Of a stretch of DNA of 64,000 nucleotides, positions 9,843-19,337 are shown in pieces (the stretch's first letter is position 1; the number at the start of each line of letters is the position of its first letter). The translations under genes were made by a program, and so were the position numbers. A model generated the notes under the pieces. That model was not told the origin of the DNA, did not search any database, and was given only the letters and a program-made list of their open reading frames with translations. Source of the stretch: Candidatus Binatia bacterium (GTDB lineage: Bacteria > Desulfobacterota > Binatia > Bin18); NCBI GenBank assembly GCA_963664395.2, contig OY761159.2:3840001-3904000 (forward strand), read 5' to 3'.

Positions 9843-10841
9843 ATGCGGCCGAGTCGGATAGTCGTATATGCCTCTCTGTTGCTCTTCCTGCTCACGACAG
9901 GTGGAGCACCGACACACGTGTGGTCGTCGGAGTGCATCTCTTCGTGGGACTATCTCCGCTGTCAGTTGCATATTGTTCAAATAGAGCGGGTTGCACGGCG
10001 TCTGCTTGAAGCGGTTCCTCAGCCGCCTCCTGTCCAGTTTATACTGGCCGTCGGCGAGCCGACGATTAACGCTGGAGCAACCTTTGGCAAAGTCATACTC
10101 TCCTCTGGAATGATGGAATTCCTTCGCTCGGACGATGAACTGGCGATGATTCTGGGACACGAACTGGCGCATATTACCCAGGGACACGTTGCCCGAGGAG
10201 CGACGAACAACGTCCTGTTGGATATCGGAAATGCCTTAGCCAGCGCTGTTCTCCCTGGATCGGGTGTGTTGGTCGATATGGTTGGCCAGCTTTTTCTGAA
10301 TCATTTTAATCAAGATCAGGAGATGGAAGCTGACCGGGTAGGGCTCCAGTATGCGGCTGATGCCGGCTATGATCCACGAGCGGGTGAGGCGGTGATGCGC
10401 CGCCTGGCCGAAGAGGTTCCTCAGAGTGCGACTGCGGGGTTTTTCTCTTCTCATCCGTCTTCCGTAGAACGGGCGAGCGCACTGAAGAAGAGGGCGGGCC
10501 GGCTGACCAGGCGAGCGGACGGCGTGCGGCGAACGAAGAGCGTGACCCGGTTTGGCCGGGATGAAGCGGCGTGTCGCCGGGCAAAGCCATATTTTTACCG
10601 TGCTCGGGAGAGTCTGAATTTAACCTGGAAAGCCGCGCTCTATCGTCGAGGCTTAGGCCAGTGCCCGGAGAGTCCACGCGCCCATTTTGAACTGGCCGAG
10701 ACCTATATCCAGCTGGGCCAGGATCGGCGGGCTGCTGCGGAACTGCGCGCGGTGCTGCGCTATGACTCGGGGTATCCGCGCGCCCAACGTCGGCTGCGTG
10801 AAGTTGAGGGCCGTCTCGCGTCGGGAAAAAGTCGAAAATAA
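9843..10841 (+). CDS. Exported M48 family zinc metallopeptidase with C-terminal TPR
   Basis: Signal-like N-term, [22 protein letters not shown]; TPR-like AHFELAETY...AAAELRAVL. Confidence 0.88.
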   Translation: MRPSRIVVYASLLLFLLTTGGAPTHVWSSECISSWDYLRCQLHIVQIERVARRLLEAVPQPPPVQFILAVGEPTINAGATFGKVILSSGMMEFLRSDDELAMILGHELAHITQGHVARGATNNVLLDIGNALASAVLPGSGVLVDMVGQLFLNHFNQDQEMEADRVGLQYAADAGYDPRAGEAVMRRLAEEVPQSATAGFFSSHPSSVERASALKKRAGRLTRRADGVRRTKSVTRFGRDEAACRRAKPYFYRARESLNLTWKAALYRRGLGQCPESPRAHFELAETYIQLGQDRRAAAELRAVLRYDSGYPRAQRRLREVEGRLASGKSRK

Positions 10842-10876
10842 GCGGGCAAACGCCCGGCGACCTCGTCCTGTGAGTG

Positions 10877-11473
10877 CTATTGTTCCGGTTGAGCGTGCGT
10901 CCGAGCCAGGAGGACCTCTTGCACCATAGAAGACAATGATTGAGGTGGCTTTTCTGGCGTCTGCGAGGGTTTTGCGGTTGGAGCGACGAGGAGGCGAAAG
11001 AGGCTGGACTCGCGCTGGAAGAATCCCTCAGTGTGGTAGGATTCCCGAAAGTGGAAGTAGGTATAGTCCAAATGGTGGCAGATTTCATGCAACAAGGTCC
11101 GGAGAAAGGTTCGAAACGCAACCGTTTGTTTTCGTTTTGCCGTTCGCATCCAAACTTGGATCGAATCATTTTTACTGCCACCGCTGTATTGCGTATAGAG
11201 CCCGTGGAGTTCTCCCTGTCGGTTTGACGGACGAGTCCCGTGTACGCGGACCTGGACCGTGCGGACATTCAGCCGCCAGCAGATGTGATTGACAATTGTT
11301 TGGGAGAGCGCTGCGACGCGTGCTTGTTCTTCTGCCACGAGAGCTGCAGGTAATGCCTTTACCGCCGCTCGAAGTTGCGACGTGAGGTCAAGTTCAATCG
11401 TTGTGACCGCAGTGCTACGGTCAAAGATCCGCTGCTGAAAAGGAGTAAGTTTTGCACGCCAGTGTTGCCGCAT
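10877..11473 (-). CDS. Hypothetical protein with HExxH zincin motif (SprT-like)
   Basis: ELHGLY...RTLLHEICHHLDY...SYHTEGF; probable ATG at 11473 with GGAGG upstream. Confidence 0.7.
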   Translation of the reverse strand: MRQHWRAKLTPFQQRIFDRSTAVTTIELDLTSQLRAAVKALPAALVAEEQARVAALSQTIVNHICWRLNVRTVQVRVHGTRPSNRQGELHGLYTQYSGGSKNDSIQVWMRTAKRKQTVAFRTFLRTLLHEICHHLDYTYFHFRESYHTEGFFQRESSLFRLLVAPTAKPSQTPEKPPQSLSSMVQEVLLARTHAQPEQ

Positions 11474-11583
11474 TGCACCCTCCTGTACACCCCAACTTAT
11501 TGTGACCTGAAAGGAGCTGGACGGCAAGAGAGGGGGAGGGGTAGAAATCCTTTTCTTTTGTCTGAAAATTACATAGACTGCGA

Positions 11584-12156
11584 GTGGCAAGCTTTTGGAA
11601 AAAGGACAAGACGATACGGGTATGTCGAACAGCTGCGCTCTGGGTCCCTCTCTTCACCGGGGCGGTATTCCTCTATCTCAGCGTGGAGGTGTGGGCTGAT
11701 GCATTTGTTCGCTTTTTTGCAAACCAAAAAGTCGGACAAGAGATTACTGTCACAGGCGGTTTCCGACGTTTCCCTGATCGGGACAAACGACGGTATTTTA
11801 TACGAGATACCCAGACTGGTGATGTCGAGTATGTGGAATACTATGGGATGACGATGCTCCCGACACTGGTTGTAGGCAATGGTGCCGTTTCCATGAAGGC
11901 AAGTATCATGGACAGGATGCTGCTGTTCTACTCGGACCGGGATATTGTGAAAGATATCCCCCTCAAGGGTGAGTCCTACTGGTTTACCGGGACGTTGATC
12001 GGCTACCAGTATGGGACTATGGGGATCACGCGGGGAATGGGCATTGGTGGAGACCCGTATATTTTGCTCAGGAGTGTCTCGGCCAACCCCCCGGATCATC
12101 TCCCTTCGCCACCGCAAAAGAAAGAAAAAGAAGACTCTCCCCCAACTAAAAAATAG
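11584..12156 (+). CDS. Hypothetical exported or membrane-anchored protein
   Basis: 190-aa ORF with N-terminal hydrophobic segment and Pro/Lys-rich tail. Confidence 0.6.
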   Translation: MASFWKKDKTIRVCRTAALWVPLFTGAVFLYLSVEVWADAFVRFFANQKVGQEITVTGGFRRFPDRDKRRYFIRDTQTGDVEYVEYYGMTMLPTLVVGNGAVSMKASIMDRMLLFYSDRDIVKDIPLKGESYWFTGTLIGYQYGTMGITRGMGIGGDPYILLRSVSANPPDHLPSPPQKKEKEDSPPTKK

Positions 12157-12475
12157 AAAGGGCGCTGCCGGTTTGAAACCGTGGTTTCCCTCTTCTCGAA
12201 GTCCCCTTCATTGCGTACTCGTTCTGTCGTCATGATGGACGGTAGGCCGGGCAAAGATAGAGCTCGGCTCAGAGTCTGGGGGACGTGGCCAACTTTCACT
12301 CCTCCCCTCAGTCTCAGTACGCGTCTAATCAGCACGGCCCCACTATACGTTGCTGGTATATGAAAGTAAGCGTCCAGAGTCATCCGAGACTCACCGGAAC
12401 CTGGATGCCAGCGAGTAATTTTTTTACAGCTATGGACATGAGAGCCCGCTAGCGGAGGCGAAGGACACGAGCGGT

Positions 12476-13270
12476 ATGAGTTGGGAGGCGTGGTTTACGC
12501 TTGGTTATGACTGGGCTGGGCATCGTGGGGGACAGCGGATTAGTGGGAAAATTGGAGACATTGTGCTCCATGCTGGCGATACCCTGCTGCTTGAGACGGC
12601 GTCTAGATTTGCCCGCGCGTACCGGAATTCTCCGGATTTCTACCTCGTGTCAGAAATACATGACAGTGCGCCGCCACGCTACGAGAAAGCTGTTCCGGCC
12701 CTGATTGTCCTCATCATTCTGGTCGCAGCCGTGACCTTTGGCCTCTTGCCCATGGTCACGGCTGCGCTGCTGGCTGCATGGACGCTTGTTCTCCTGGGCT
12801 GCCTCTCTATTGGTGAAACGCGCGGCGTTGTGGATATGTCTGTCCTCATCCTTATTGCCGCAGCGTTTGGGGTAGGGAAGGCACTGGAGAAAACCGGAGC
12901 GGCAGAAATCCTTGCCTCAACCCTTGTTGATATCGGTACCGGCTTAGGTCCTATTGGGGTGCTGGCTGCGGTATACCTCGCCACCGCGGCCTTCTCGGAA
13001 GTCATCTCAAATGCGGCTGCTGTGGCTCTCGTCTTTCCCATAGCAGGTGAGGCCGCACTCCAGTTCGGGGTCGATGCCAGACCGTTTGCGATTGCCGTGA
13101 TCGCCGCCGCGTCGTCGAGCTTTGCTTCCCCACTTGGGTATCAAACCAACCTCATGGTCTATGGAGCGGGTGGGTACCGTTTTCTGGATTTTGTGAAGAT
13201 CGGTATTCCGCTCAAGATCCTCCTTTTTATGGTGTCTATGATTTGCATTCCGTACGCGTGGCCCTTTTAA
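12476..13270 (+). pseudogene. SLC13/TrkA-C family anion permease with large in-frame internal deletion
   Basis: Family-like N-terminus MSWEAWFTLG joined almost directly to the end of a TrkA-C domain (KIGDIVLHAGDTLLLE); C-terminal SNAAAV and SPLGYQTNLMVYG.GGYRF.DF motifs retained. Confidence 0.72.
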
Positions 13271-13440
13271 TGTGCAACGCAACCATTCTTGAATCGGTCA
13301 CCTGGGCTTGATAATGAGGACTCTACGGGTCTACATTTACACAGGTCTCATCGTATCCGATGTATTTACGCCACAAAGGCACCCAGAGGGTCAGTGAGAG
13401 CAGAGAGCAACAGCACATCCGACGCTGAGGAGGATACTGC

Positions 13441-14538
13441 GTGGGCGAACAAAACACTCCCGACATTCACACCCGTATTACTGAGCGACTCAAGCAGATT
13501 CAATATCCAGGCTCACAGCGGGATATTGTGACGTTGGGACTTGTTGGAAAGGTCCAAGTCCAGGCGGAGAGTGTTGTGATGCACATTCGGGCAAGCAGTA
13601 TCAAAGAAGAGGTACTCCGACACCTGCGCGGACGCATAACGCAGGAGTTGACTACCTTGCCTGAGATCGCGCACGTTCATATACACGCTTTCTCCGCTCA
13701 AACCGGGCAACCAAGCCAAGCTGGTCAAGCTGGTCAAGCTGGCAACCAAGCCGTGCGAGAGCGGGCGGATATTCCCGGTGTTCGGCGCATTCTTGCTGTG
13801 GCCAGTGGCAAAGGTGGGGTCGGGAAATCCACGGTTGCTGTCAACCTGGCCCTGGCGTTGGGATCGTTAGGACATAAAGTTGGGCTGCTTGATGCCGACA
13901 TCTATGGGCCGAGTGTGCCCCTTATGATGGGGACCGAAGCCACACCACGTGCCGGGCAGGATAAAAAGATTTATCCAGTTGAAAAGTATGGGGTGAGTCT
14001 CATTTCGATGGGCCTTTTTCTCGATGACCAATCACCGGTGATCTGGCGCGGCCCAATCGTTATGAGTATTGTCCGCCAATTCCTGCGCGACGTGATCTGG
14101 AATGACTTGGATTATCTCCTTGTAGATCTCCCGCCGGGCACAGGGGATATTGCCTTAACGCTAGCGCAGGAGGTTCCGCTGCATGGTGGGGTTGTTGTCA
14201 CGACGCCACAAGACGTGGCGTTGCTTGATGTCCAGCGTGGGATCGGCATGTTCAAACAAGTCAATGTTCCCATTCTCGGAGTAATCGAGAATATGAGTTT
14301 TTACGAGTGCCCGGTCTGCCACGAAAAAGAAGAGGTTTTTGGCCATGGCGGAGCGCGGAAGACGGGACTAAAAGTGCTGGGCGAGGTGCCTCTTGTTGAA
14401 GAGATACGGGCGGGCGGAGATAGTGGCAAACCACTGCTCCTTACAGACCCTGAACACCCTGTTTCCCTAGAGTTTTTTGGGATTGCCCGGCAGGTCGCAG
14501 AAGCAGAAGAAATGCAGTTGCGCCAGGCGATACACTAG
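13441..14538 (+). CDS. Mrp/ApbC/NBP35 Fe-S carrier ATPase, copy 1
   Basis: DUF59-like N-term, SGKGGVGKST, DADIYGPS, DLPPGTGD, ENMS..CPVC. Confidence 0.93.
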   Translation: MGEQNTPDIHTRITERLKQIQYPGSQRDIVTLGLVGKVQVQAESVVMHIRASSIKEEVLRHLRGRITQELTTLPEIAHVHIHAFSAQTGQPSQAGQAGQAGNQAVRERADIPGVRRILAVASGKGGVGKSTVAVNLALALGSLGHKVGLLDADIYGPSVPLMMGTEATPRAGQDKKIYPVEKYGVSLISMGLFLDDQSPVIWRGPIVMSIVRQFLRDVIWNDLDYLLVDLPPGTGDIALTLAQEVPLHGGVVVTTPQDVALLDVQRGIGMFKQVNVPILGVIENMSFYECPVCHEKEEVFGHGGARKTGLKVLGEVPLVEEIRAGGDSGKPLLLTDPEHPVSLEFFGIARQVAEAEEMQLRQAIH

Positions 14539-14572
14539 ACGTGCCCCTGAGGATTACGTAAGGATACCGGCT

Positions 14573-14890
14573 ATGCCTACCCCCCTTCTCCTGACACCGA
14601 TTCCGGAAGACGAAATTCTGCGTGTTCTGTGGGACGATGACGCTATGAGTGATTATCCCTTTGCCTATCTGCGGGGCTGGTGTCCGTGTGCGGTCTGCCA
14701 AGGTCATGGCGGTGAACGTCGCTTTGTTGAGGTTGAAAAACCACAGCTGGTGAGTATCAGTATGGTCGGCAATTATGCGCTCAACCCCACCTGGGACGAT
14801 GGCCACGAAACCGGTATTTATACGTTCGAATATTTACGGAGTTTGGGCGAAAACTTAGACGGTCAGGATACTGCGGAGGGGACACAGTAA
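14573..14890 (+). CDS. DUF971 (GBBH-like N-terminal) protein
   Basis: LRGWCPCAVC, VGNYAL...WDDGHETGIYTFEYL. Confidence 0.88.
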   Translation: MPTPLLLTPIPEDEILRVLWDDDAMSDYPFAYLRGWCPCAVCQGHGGERRFVEVEKPQLVSISMVGNYALNPTWDDGHETGIYTFEYLRSLGENLDGQDTAEGTQ

Positions 14891-14900
14891 AGGTTCACTT

Positions 14901-15968
14901 ATGTCAACACCGCCAACACCCCAGGAATTATTAGAAGCCCTTAAGCAGGTCAAATATCCTGGCTTTAGCCGAGATATTGTCGCCTTTGGTGTGGTTAAGG
15001 ACATCGCCGTCGGTGGAGCCGCCGTCACAGTGGAACTCGCACCTTCTACTGGTAACGCTGAGGTCATCGAAAATATTCGGCGGGGGGTGATTGAAGCGCT
15101 GCGCCCGCTTGTGCAACTTCCCGTGGAGATTTCTATCCAGCAGCCGGCGGCGCCAAAATCGGTGTCCAATGCCAAGCCTGAAATTCCGGGCGTGCGGCAC
15201 GTGATCGCGGTGGCCAGTGGAAAAGGCGGAGTTGGTAAATCAACGGTCTCTGTGAACCTTGCAACCGCGCTTGCCCAAATAGGTCAACGAGTTGGAGTAA
15301 TGGATGCCGACGTCTATGGGCCGAGTATCCCGCTGATGTTGGGGATTAGCGATAAACCCAAGAGTACCGAAGATAAGCGGCTGATCCCAGTCACAAAATA
15401 TGACATGCGGGTCATGTCTATGGGGTTTCTTGTACCAGACGGCCATGCCGTTATCTGGCGTGGGCCAATGATTGATAAGCTGCTGACTGAGTTCATCACA
15501 AAAGTAGAATGGGGAGAATTAGATGTGCTCGTCGTTGACCTCCCTCCGGGAACCGGTGATGCTCAGCTCACTATCATGCAAAAGGTACCCCTCGCTGGTG
15601 GTGTGATTGTGACAACGCCGCAGGACGTTGCTTTGCTTGATGTGCGTCGAGGCATCAAGATGTTTGAGGAAGTCGGAGTCCCGGTCTTAGGCGTTGTCGA
15701 AAATATGAGTTATCTGGTATGCCGTTCCTGTGGGCATAAGGCGCATGTTTTTGATCATGGCGGCGGTGCGAAGATTGCCGAGCAGTTTAACCTGCCGCTC
15801 CTTGGTGAGATTCCTTTAGTACGCGATATTGTGGCTGGCGGGGACGCTGGAACGCCGCTTGTTATAGCCCAACCAGACCACCCGCAGAGTCAGACTTTTC
15901 TTGAGATTGCACAGCAGGTCCTGAAGCAGATCGAAACACCGTCTGTCCACCCCGGGACTCTACAATAG
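14901..15968 (+). CDS. Mrp/ApbC/NBP35 Fe-S carrier ATPase, copy 2
   Basis: YPGFSRDIV, SGKGGVGKST, WRGPM, DLPPGTGD, ENMS..CRSC. Confidence 0.93.
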   Translation: MSTPPTPQELLEALKQVKYPGFSRDIVAFGVVKDIAVGGAAVTVELAPSTGNAEVIENIRRGVIEALRPLVQLPVEISIQQPAAPKSVSNAKPEIPGVRHVIAVASGKGGVGKSTVSVNLATALAQIGQRVGVMDADVYGPSIPLMLGISDKPKSTEDKRLIPVTKYDMRVMSMGFLVPDGHAVIWRGPMIDKLLTEFITKVEWGELDVLVVDLPPGTGDAQLTIMQKVPLAGGVIVTTPQDVALLDVRRGIKMFEEVGVPVLGVVENMSYLVCRSCGHKAHVFDHGGGAKIAEQFNLPLLGEIPLVRDIVAGGDAGTPLVIAQPDHPQSQTFLEIAQQVLKQIETPSVHPGTLQ

Positions 15969-15987
15969 ATCAACGTCCGTTCATTAT

Positions 15988-16341
15988 ATGGCAAAGTTAT
16001 ACGTCTCGTTTGAAAACGGAAATCCTGAACAGGTCATTGAATTTGATCCCTCCCAAGCGCCTTTTCATCATGACGGAGAGCCGGGTTCCATACTCGATAT
16101 CCTGCTCGGACATGGCATTGAGCTCGAACACGCGTGTGGCGGCAACTGTGCCTGCACAACCTGCCATGTGATTGTAACGCAGGGTATGGCGCATTTGACT
16201 GAGAACGAAGAGGAAGAAGACGACCTGCTCGACAAGGCACCTGGTTTGCGATTGACGTCGCGGCTTGGCTGCCAGGCGGTTATGGATGCAGGTGAAGTGA
16301 AGATTCGTATTCCGCGCTATACCATTAACCAACAGGTATAA
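15988..16341 (+). CDS. fdx: Adrenodoxin/ISC-type [2Fe-2S] ferredoxin
   Basis: EHACGGNCACTTCHV...SRLGCQ. Confidence 0.9.
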   Translation: MAKLYVSFENGNPEQVIEFDPSQAPFHHDGEPGSILDILLGHGIELEHACGGNCACTTCHVIVTQGMAHLTENEEEEDDLLDKAPGLRLTSRLGCQAVMDAGEVKIRIPRYTINQQV

Positions 16342-16350
16342 TCGAGAGCA

Positions 16351-17079
16351 GTGGCGCGCATGTCTTCCTCGCCGACCTTTGAAGCAACCATTGAGCGGAT
16401 TATTGAACGAACCCCAGATACCCGCTCCTTTTTTCTCCGTGTTGCGAATGGCCGGAATCTACCGTTTCTTCCGGGCCAATTCCTCTCGTTTCTGCTCCCG
16501 ATTGGTGGAGAGACGATAACCCGCGCATACACGATTGCTTCATTGCCTGAAGAAGAGGAATATCTTGAGATTTGTTTGAATCAGGTTGTTGACGGTCCTG
16601 GTTCCTCATACCTCTTTAGCCTGAAAGAAGCTGATGTCCTTCGCTTCACCGGCCCGTGGGGGACTTTTGTCCTTGGCCAACCAATGGACACTGAATATAT
16701 TTTTATTGCCGACCGAGTTGGTGTCGTGCCTTTTCGTTCTATGATTGCACGTCTACTGACTGCCAGCGGGAATAGTACCACCCAGTTGCTGTATGGTGCG
16801 CCACACGCAAGAGACTTGCTTTATACTCCTGAGTGGCAAGGGTGGGAACGCCGGTGCGCTCATTTTTCCTTCCGACCACTGATCAATGAGGGCGAGCCAG
16901 AGGGATATTCAATAGAAAATACACTTTTGCCTTATATCGAACAGAATTTTGTTAAAGAGGTCAGCCCTCGTAACCGGCAATTTTATATCTGCGGGCTAGG
17001 GAGGCCGATTCTGTTATTGAAAGACCTCCTCCGTGGAGCTGGCTATGAGCGCCGGGCTGTGAAATATGAGAAATGGTAG
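16351..17079 (+). CDS. FNR-like FAD-binding oxidoreductase
   Basis: PGQF, RAYTIAS, GPGSSYL, GPWG.F, YICG, terminal EKW. Confidence 0.85.
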   Translation: MARMSSSPTFEATIERIIERTPDTRSFFLRVANGRNLPFLPGQFLSFLLPIGGETITRAYTIASLPEEEEYLEICLNQVVDGPGSSYLFSLKEADVLRFTGPWGTFVLGQPMDTEYIFIADRVGVVPFRSMIARLLTASGNSTTQLLYGAPHARDLLYTPEWQGWERRCAHFSFRPLINEGEPEGYSIENTLLPYIEQNFVKEVSPRNRQFYICGLGRPILLLKDLLRGAGYERRAVKYEKW

Positions 17080-17146
17080 AGCTATGTTATGTTGAACAAC
17101 TTCTTCAGAGAAGAGCCCGTATCATGTTCTTCTCATAGCGGTACGG

Positions 17147-17176
17147 TTGACAAGTTGGATTTGAGAACTCTATCAT
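17147..17176 (+). promoter_or_regulatory. Putative sigma70 promoter of iscU-nuoB-rrf2
   Basis: TTGACA (17147-17152), 18-nt spacer, TATCAT (17171-17176). Confidence 0.55.
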
Positions 17177-17244
17177 CGAAATAACTAATGAACTAGGGAT
17201 TTTCTGCCTGAATACAGCTTTCTGTTTATGAGGAGGACATCGCG

Positions 17245-17658
17245 ATGGCATACACAGAGAAAGTGATAGCGCATTTTGAGCAGCCGCGGAACGTGGGAAG
17301 TTTTGGGGCGGGGGAAGGGAATGTGGGGACGGGCGTAGTGGGGGCGCCGGAGTGTGGGGACGTGATGAAGTTGCAGTTGAAGATCAATCCGGAGACGGAA
17401 GTGATCGAAGATGCGAAGTTCAAGACCTTTGGGTGTGGGTCGGCGATTGCGTCGTCGAGTTATGTGACGGAGTTAGTGAAGGGGAAGACGGTGGCGGAGG
17501 CGTTTGAGATCAAGAACACGGAGATCGTGGCGGAGCTATCGCTGCCGCCGGTGAAGATACATTGTTCGGTGTTAGCGGAGGATGCGATCAAGGCGGCGGT
17601 AGCGGACTGGCGGGAGCGGGGGGCGTCCAACGTCTCCATCTCGAAGAACGCCGCTTAG
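17245..17658 (+). CDS. iscU: Fe-S cluster scaffold IscU
   Basis: MAYTEKVIAHF..PRNVG, GAPECGDVMKLQ, FKTFGCGSAIASSS, LPPVKIHCSVLAEDA. Confidence 0.96.
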   Translation: MAYTEKVIAHFEQPRNVGSFGAGEGNVGTGVVGAPECGDVMKLQLKINPETEVIEDAKFKTFGCGSAIASSSYVTELVKGKTVAEAFEIKNTEIVAELSLPPVKIHCSVLAEDAIKAAVADWRERGASNVSISKNAA

Positions 17659-17699
17659 GATACCGAGCTCAACGCATTCAGTATGGATACGGGGAAGAT

Positions 17700-18230
17700 A
17701 TGGAAAACAACGCCACGCAAGTAACGGCCACACGGCTACAGGGCGGAGAGGAAGCCTTGCTGGGTGATGCGGCTGTTCTGACCCAATTGGATAAAGCCAT
17801 TGGTTGGGCCCGGAAGTATTCGATTTTTCCTTACCCATTCGCAACGGCGTGCTGTGCCATGGAGTATATGTCGCTGTCGATGACGCCGTATGATATCGAT
17901 CGTTTTGGTGCATTACTGCCCCGTTTTAGTCCCAGACAAGCCGATTTGCTGATGGTGATTGGAACGGTGACATGCCGTCAGGCCCCTATCCTGAAACGCG
18001 TATACGAGCAAATGACAGAGCCGAATTGGGTGATGGCTTTTGGGGCCTGTGCCTCAACCGGTGGGTTTTATGATAACTACACCACAGTCGCGGGCATTGA
18101 CCGTATTGTCCCTGTTGATGTGTATGTACCTGGCTGTCCACCCCGTCCTGAGAATGTTTTAGACGCCCTTATGGCTTTGCAACGTAAAATTCAAAGCCAT
18201 AAGCAGAAATTCCGTGGAGTTGAACTGTAG
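17700..18230 (+). CDS. nuoB: NADH-quinone oxidoreductase subunit B, second copy outside the nuoA-N block
   Basis: [36 protein letters not shown]. Confidence 0.9.
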   Translation: MENNATQVTATRLQGGEEALLGDAAVLTQLDKAIGWARKYSIFPYPFATACCAMEYMSLSMTPYDIDRFGALLPRFSPRQADLLMVIGTVTCRQAPILKRVYEQMTEPNWVMAFGACASTGGFYDNYTTVAGIDRIVPVDVYVPGCPPRPENVLDALMALQRKIQSHKQKFRGVEL

Positions 18231-18329
18231 AGATCATGTAACGAACGTAATTGGACCTCGACAGAGACACTGAAAAGTGAGGCTATGGGTATTGGAGCAT
18301 CCTCAAGATCAACTGAGCGCAGCTCTCTG

Positions 18330-18818
18330 ATGAATATCGGACGGCGGGTAGACTACGCTGTTCGTGCGCTGACGTATCTTGCCGCCCAGCCTCAGGACAG
18401 GGTTATCCCCAGGCGAGAGATCCAGACAAAACAAGATATCCCCGCGCATTTCCTGTCTAAGATTATGAAACAGCTTGCGAGTGGAGGATTGGTTGAGTCC
18501 CATATGGGGGCCCGTGGCGGGTTTACGCTCAAGAAGCCTGCGTCTGATATCAGCTTGCGAGCGGTGTATGAGTGTTTAGAAGGGCCCCTGCTGCTGATGG
18601 AATGTCTCGACGAAGACGGGAATGCCTGCTGCTATCATCCGGTGTGTAACCAGATCTCCGTATGGGGGGAGGCGCAACGATTGCTGGGATCGTATTTGGC
18701 TGATGTCTCCATCGGACAAATCGCAAATAAGATTGGGTTGCGAGAGGAGCTTGCCCATCGCGAGCAGGGAGAGTATACAGAATCTGCTCGTCATCACATT
18801 GCTGAGCCGCCGCTCTGA
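18330..18818 (+). CDS. Rrf2 family transcriptional regulator (IscR/NsrR-like, Cys-containing)
   Basis: DYAVRAL, FLSKIM, S.MGARGGF.L, C-terminal CLDEDGNACCYHPVC. Confidence 0.9.
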   Translation: MNIGRRVDYAVRALTYLAAQPQDRVIPRREIQTKQDIPAHFLSKIMKQLASGGLVESHMGARGGFTLKKPASDISLRAVYECLEGPLLLMECLDEDGNACCYHPVCNQISVWGEAQRLLGSYLADVSIGQIANKIGLREELAHREQGEYTESARHHIAEPPL

Positions 18819-18887
18819 AGGTGGAACACTCTCCACTGGAAGAATGGAAACCTAAGAGAGCCCCATTGAACCGAAGGAGCTTTTACG

Positions 18888-19328
18888 GTGCTGTTTAATC
18901 TCGGGAACGTCCTTGTTTTTTCCATCCTTGCAATTGCGTTCTGTGCCGTGCATCTCGCGCTGGGAAAGCTTTTGCGCCCGCACAATCCAGAAGCGAAGAA
19001 GCTGACCACGTATGAGTGTGGAGAGCCGCCTACCGGTAGTGCATGGATTAATTTTAATATTCGTTTCTATCTGATCGCCCTCGTGTTTGTGATCTTTGAA
19101 ATTGAGGTTGTCTTTATTTTCCCAGTTGCCGTAGCTTTTCGTGACTGGCTGCTCAAGGGGCAAGGGCTCTTTGCGCTCACTGAGATATTGATCTTTCTGG
19201 GTATTCTTGTTGTTGGACTGGTCTATGTCTGGGCCAAGCGTGATCTCGAATGGCTCAAGCGACTGCAACCAACCGCAGCCGAAGCTGAGACAGCAGTGGA
19301 AGAGTCCGAATTACCGAAGGCAGCCTGA
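18888..19328 (+). CDS. nuoA: Complex I subunit A
   Basis: YECGEPP, RFYLIALVFVIFEIE. Confidence 0.95.
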   Translation: MLFNLGNVLVFSILAIAFCAVHLALGKLLRPHNPEAKKLTTYECGEPPTGSAWINFNIRFYLIALVFVIFEIEVVFIFPVAVAFRDWLLKGQGLFALTEILIFLGILVVGLVYVWAKRDLEWLKRLQPTAAEAETAVEESELPKAA

Positions 19329-19337
19329 GGAGAAAGT

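Noticed and set aside
12157-12475. Intergenic stretch with short ORFs on both strands, possibly a gene remnant or ncRNA
   Set aside because: No recognisable protein motif, terminal repeat or convincing RNA structure.
13717-13743. CAAGCTGGY x3 (QAG x3) in Mrp copy 1
   Set aside because: Short in-frame repeat in a variable interdomain linker; probably neutral.
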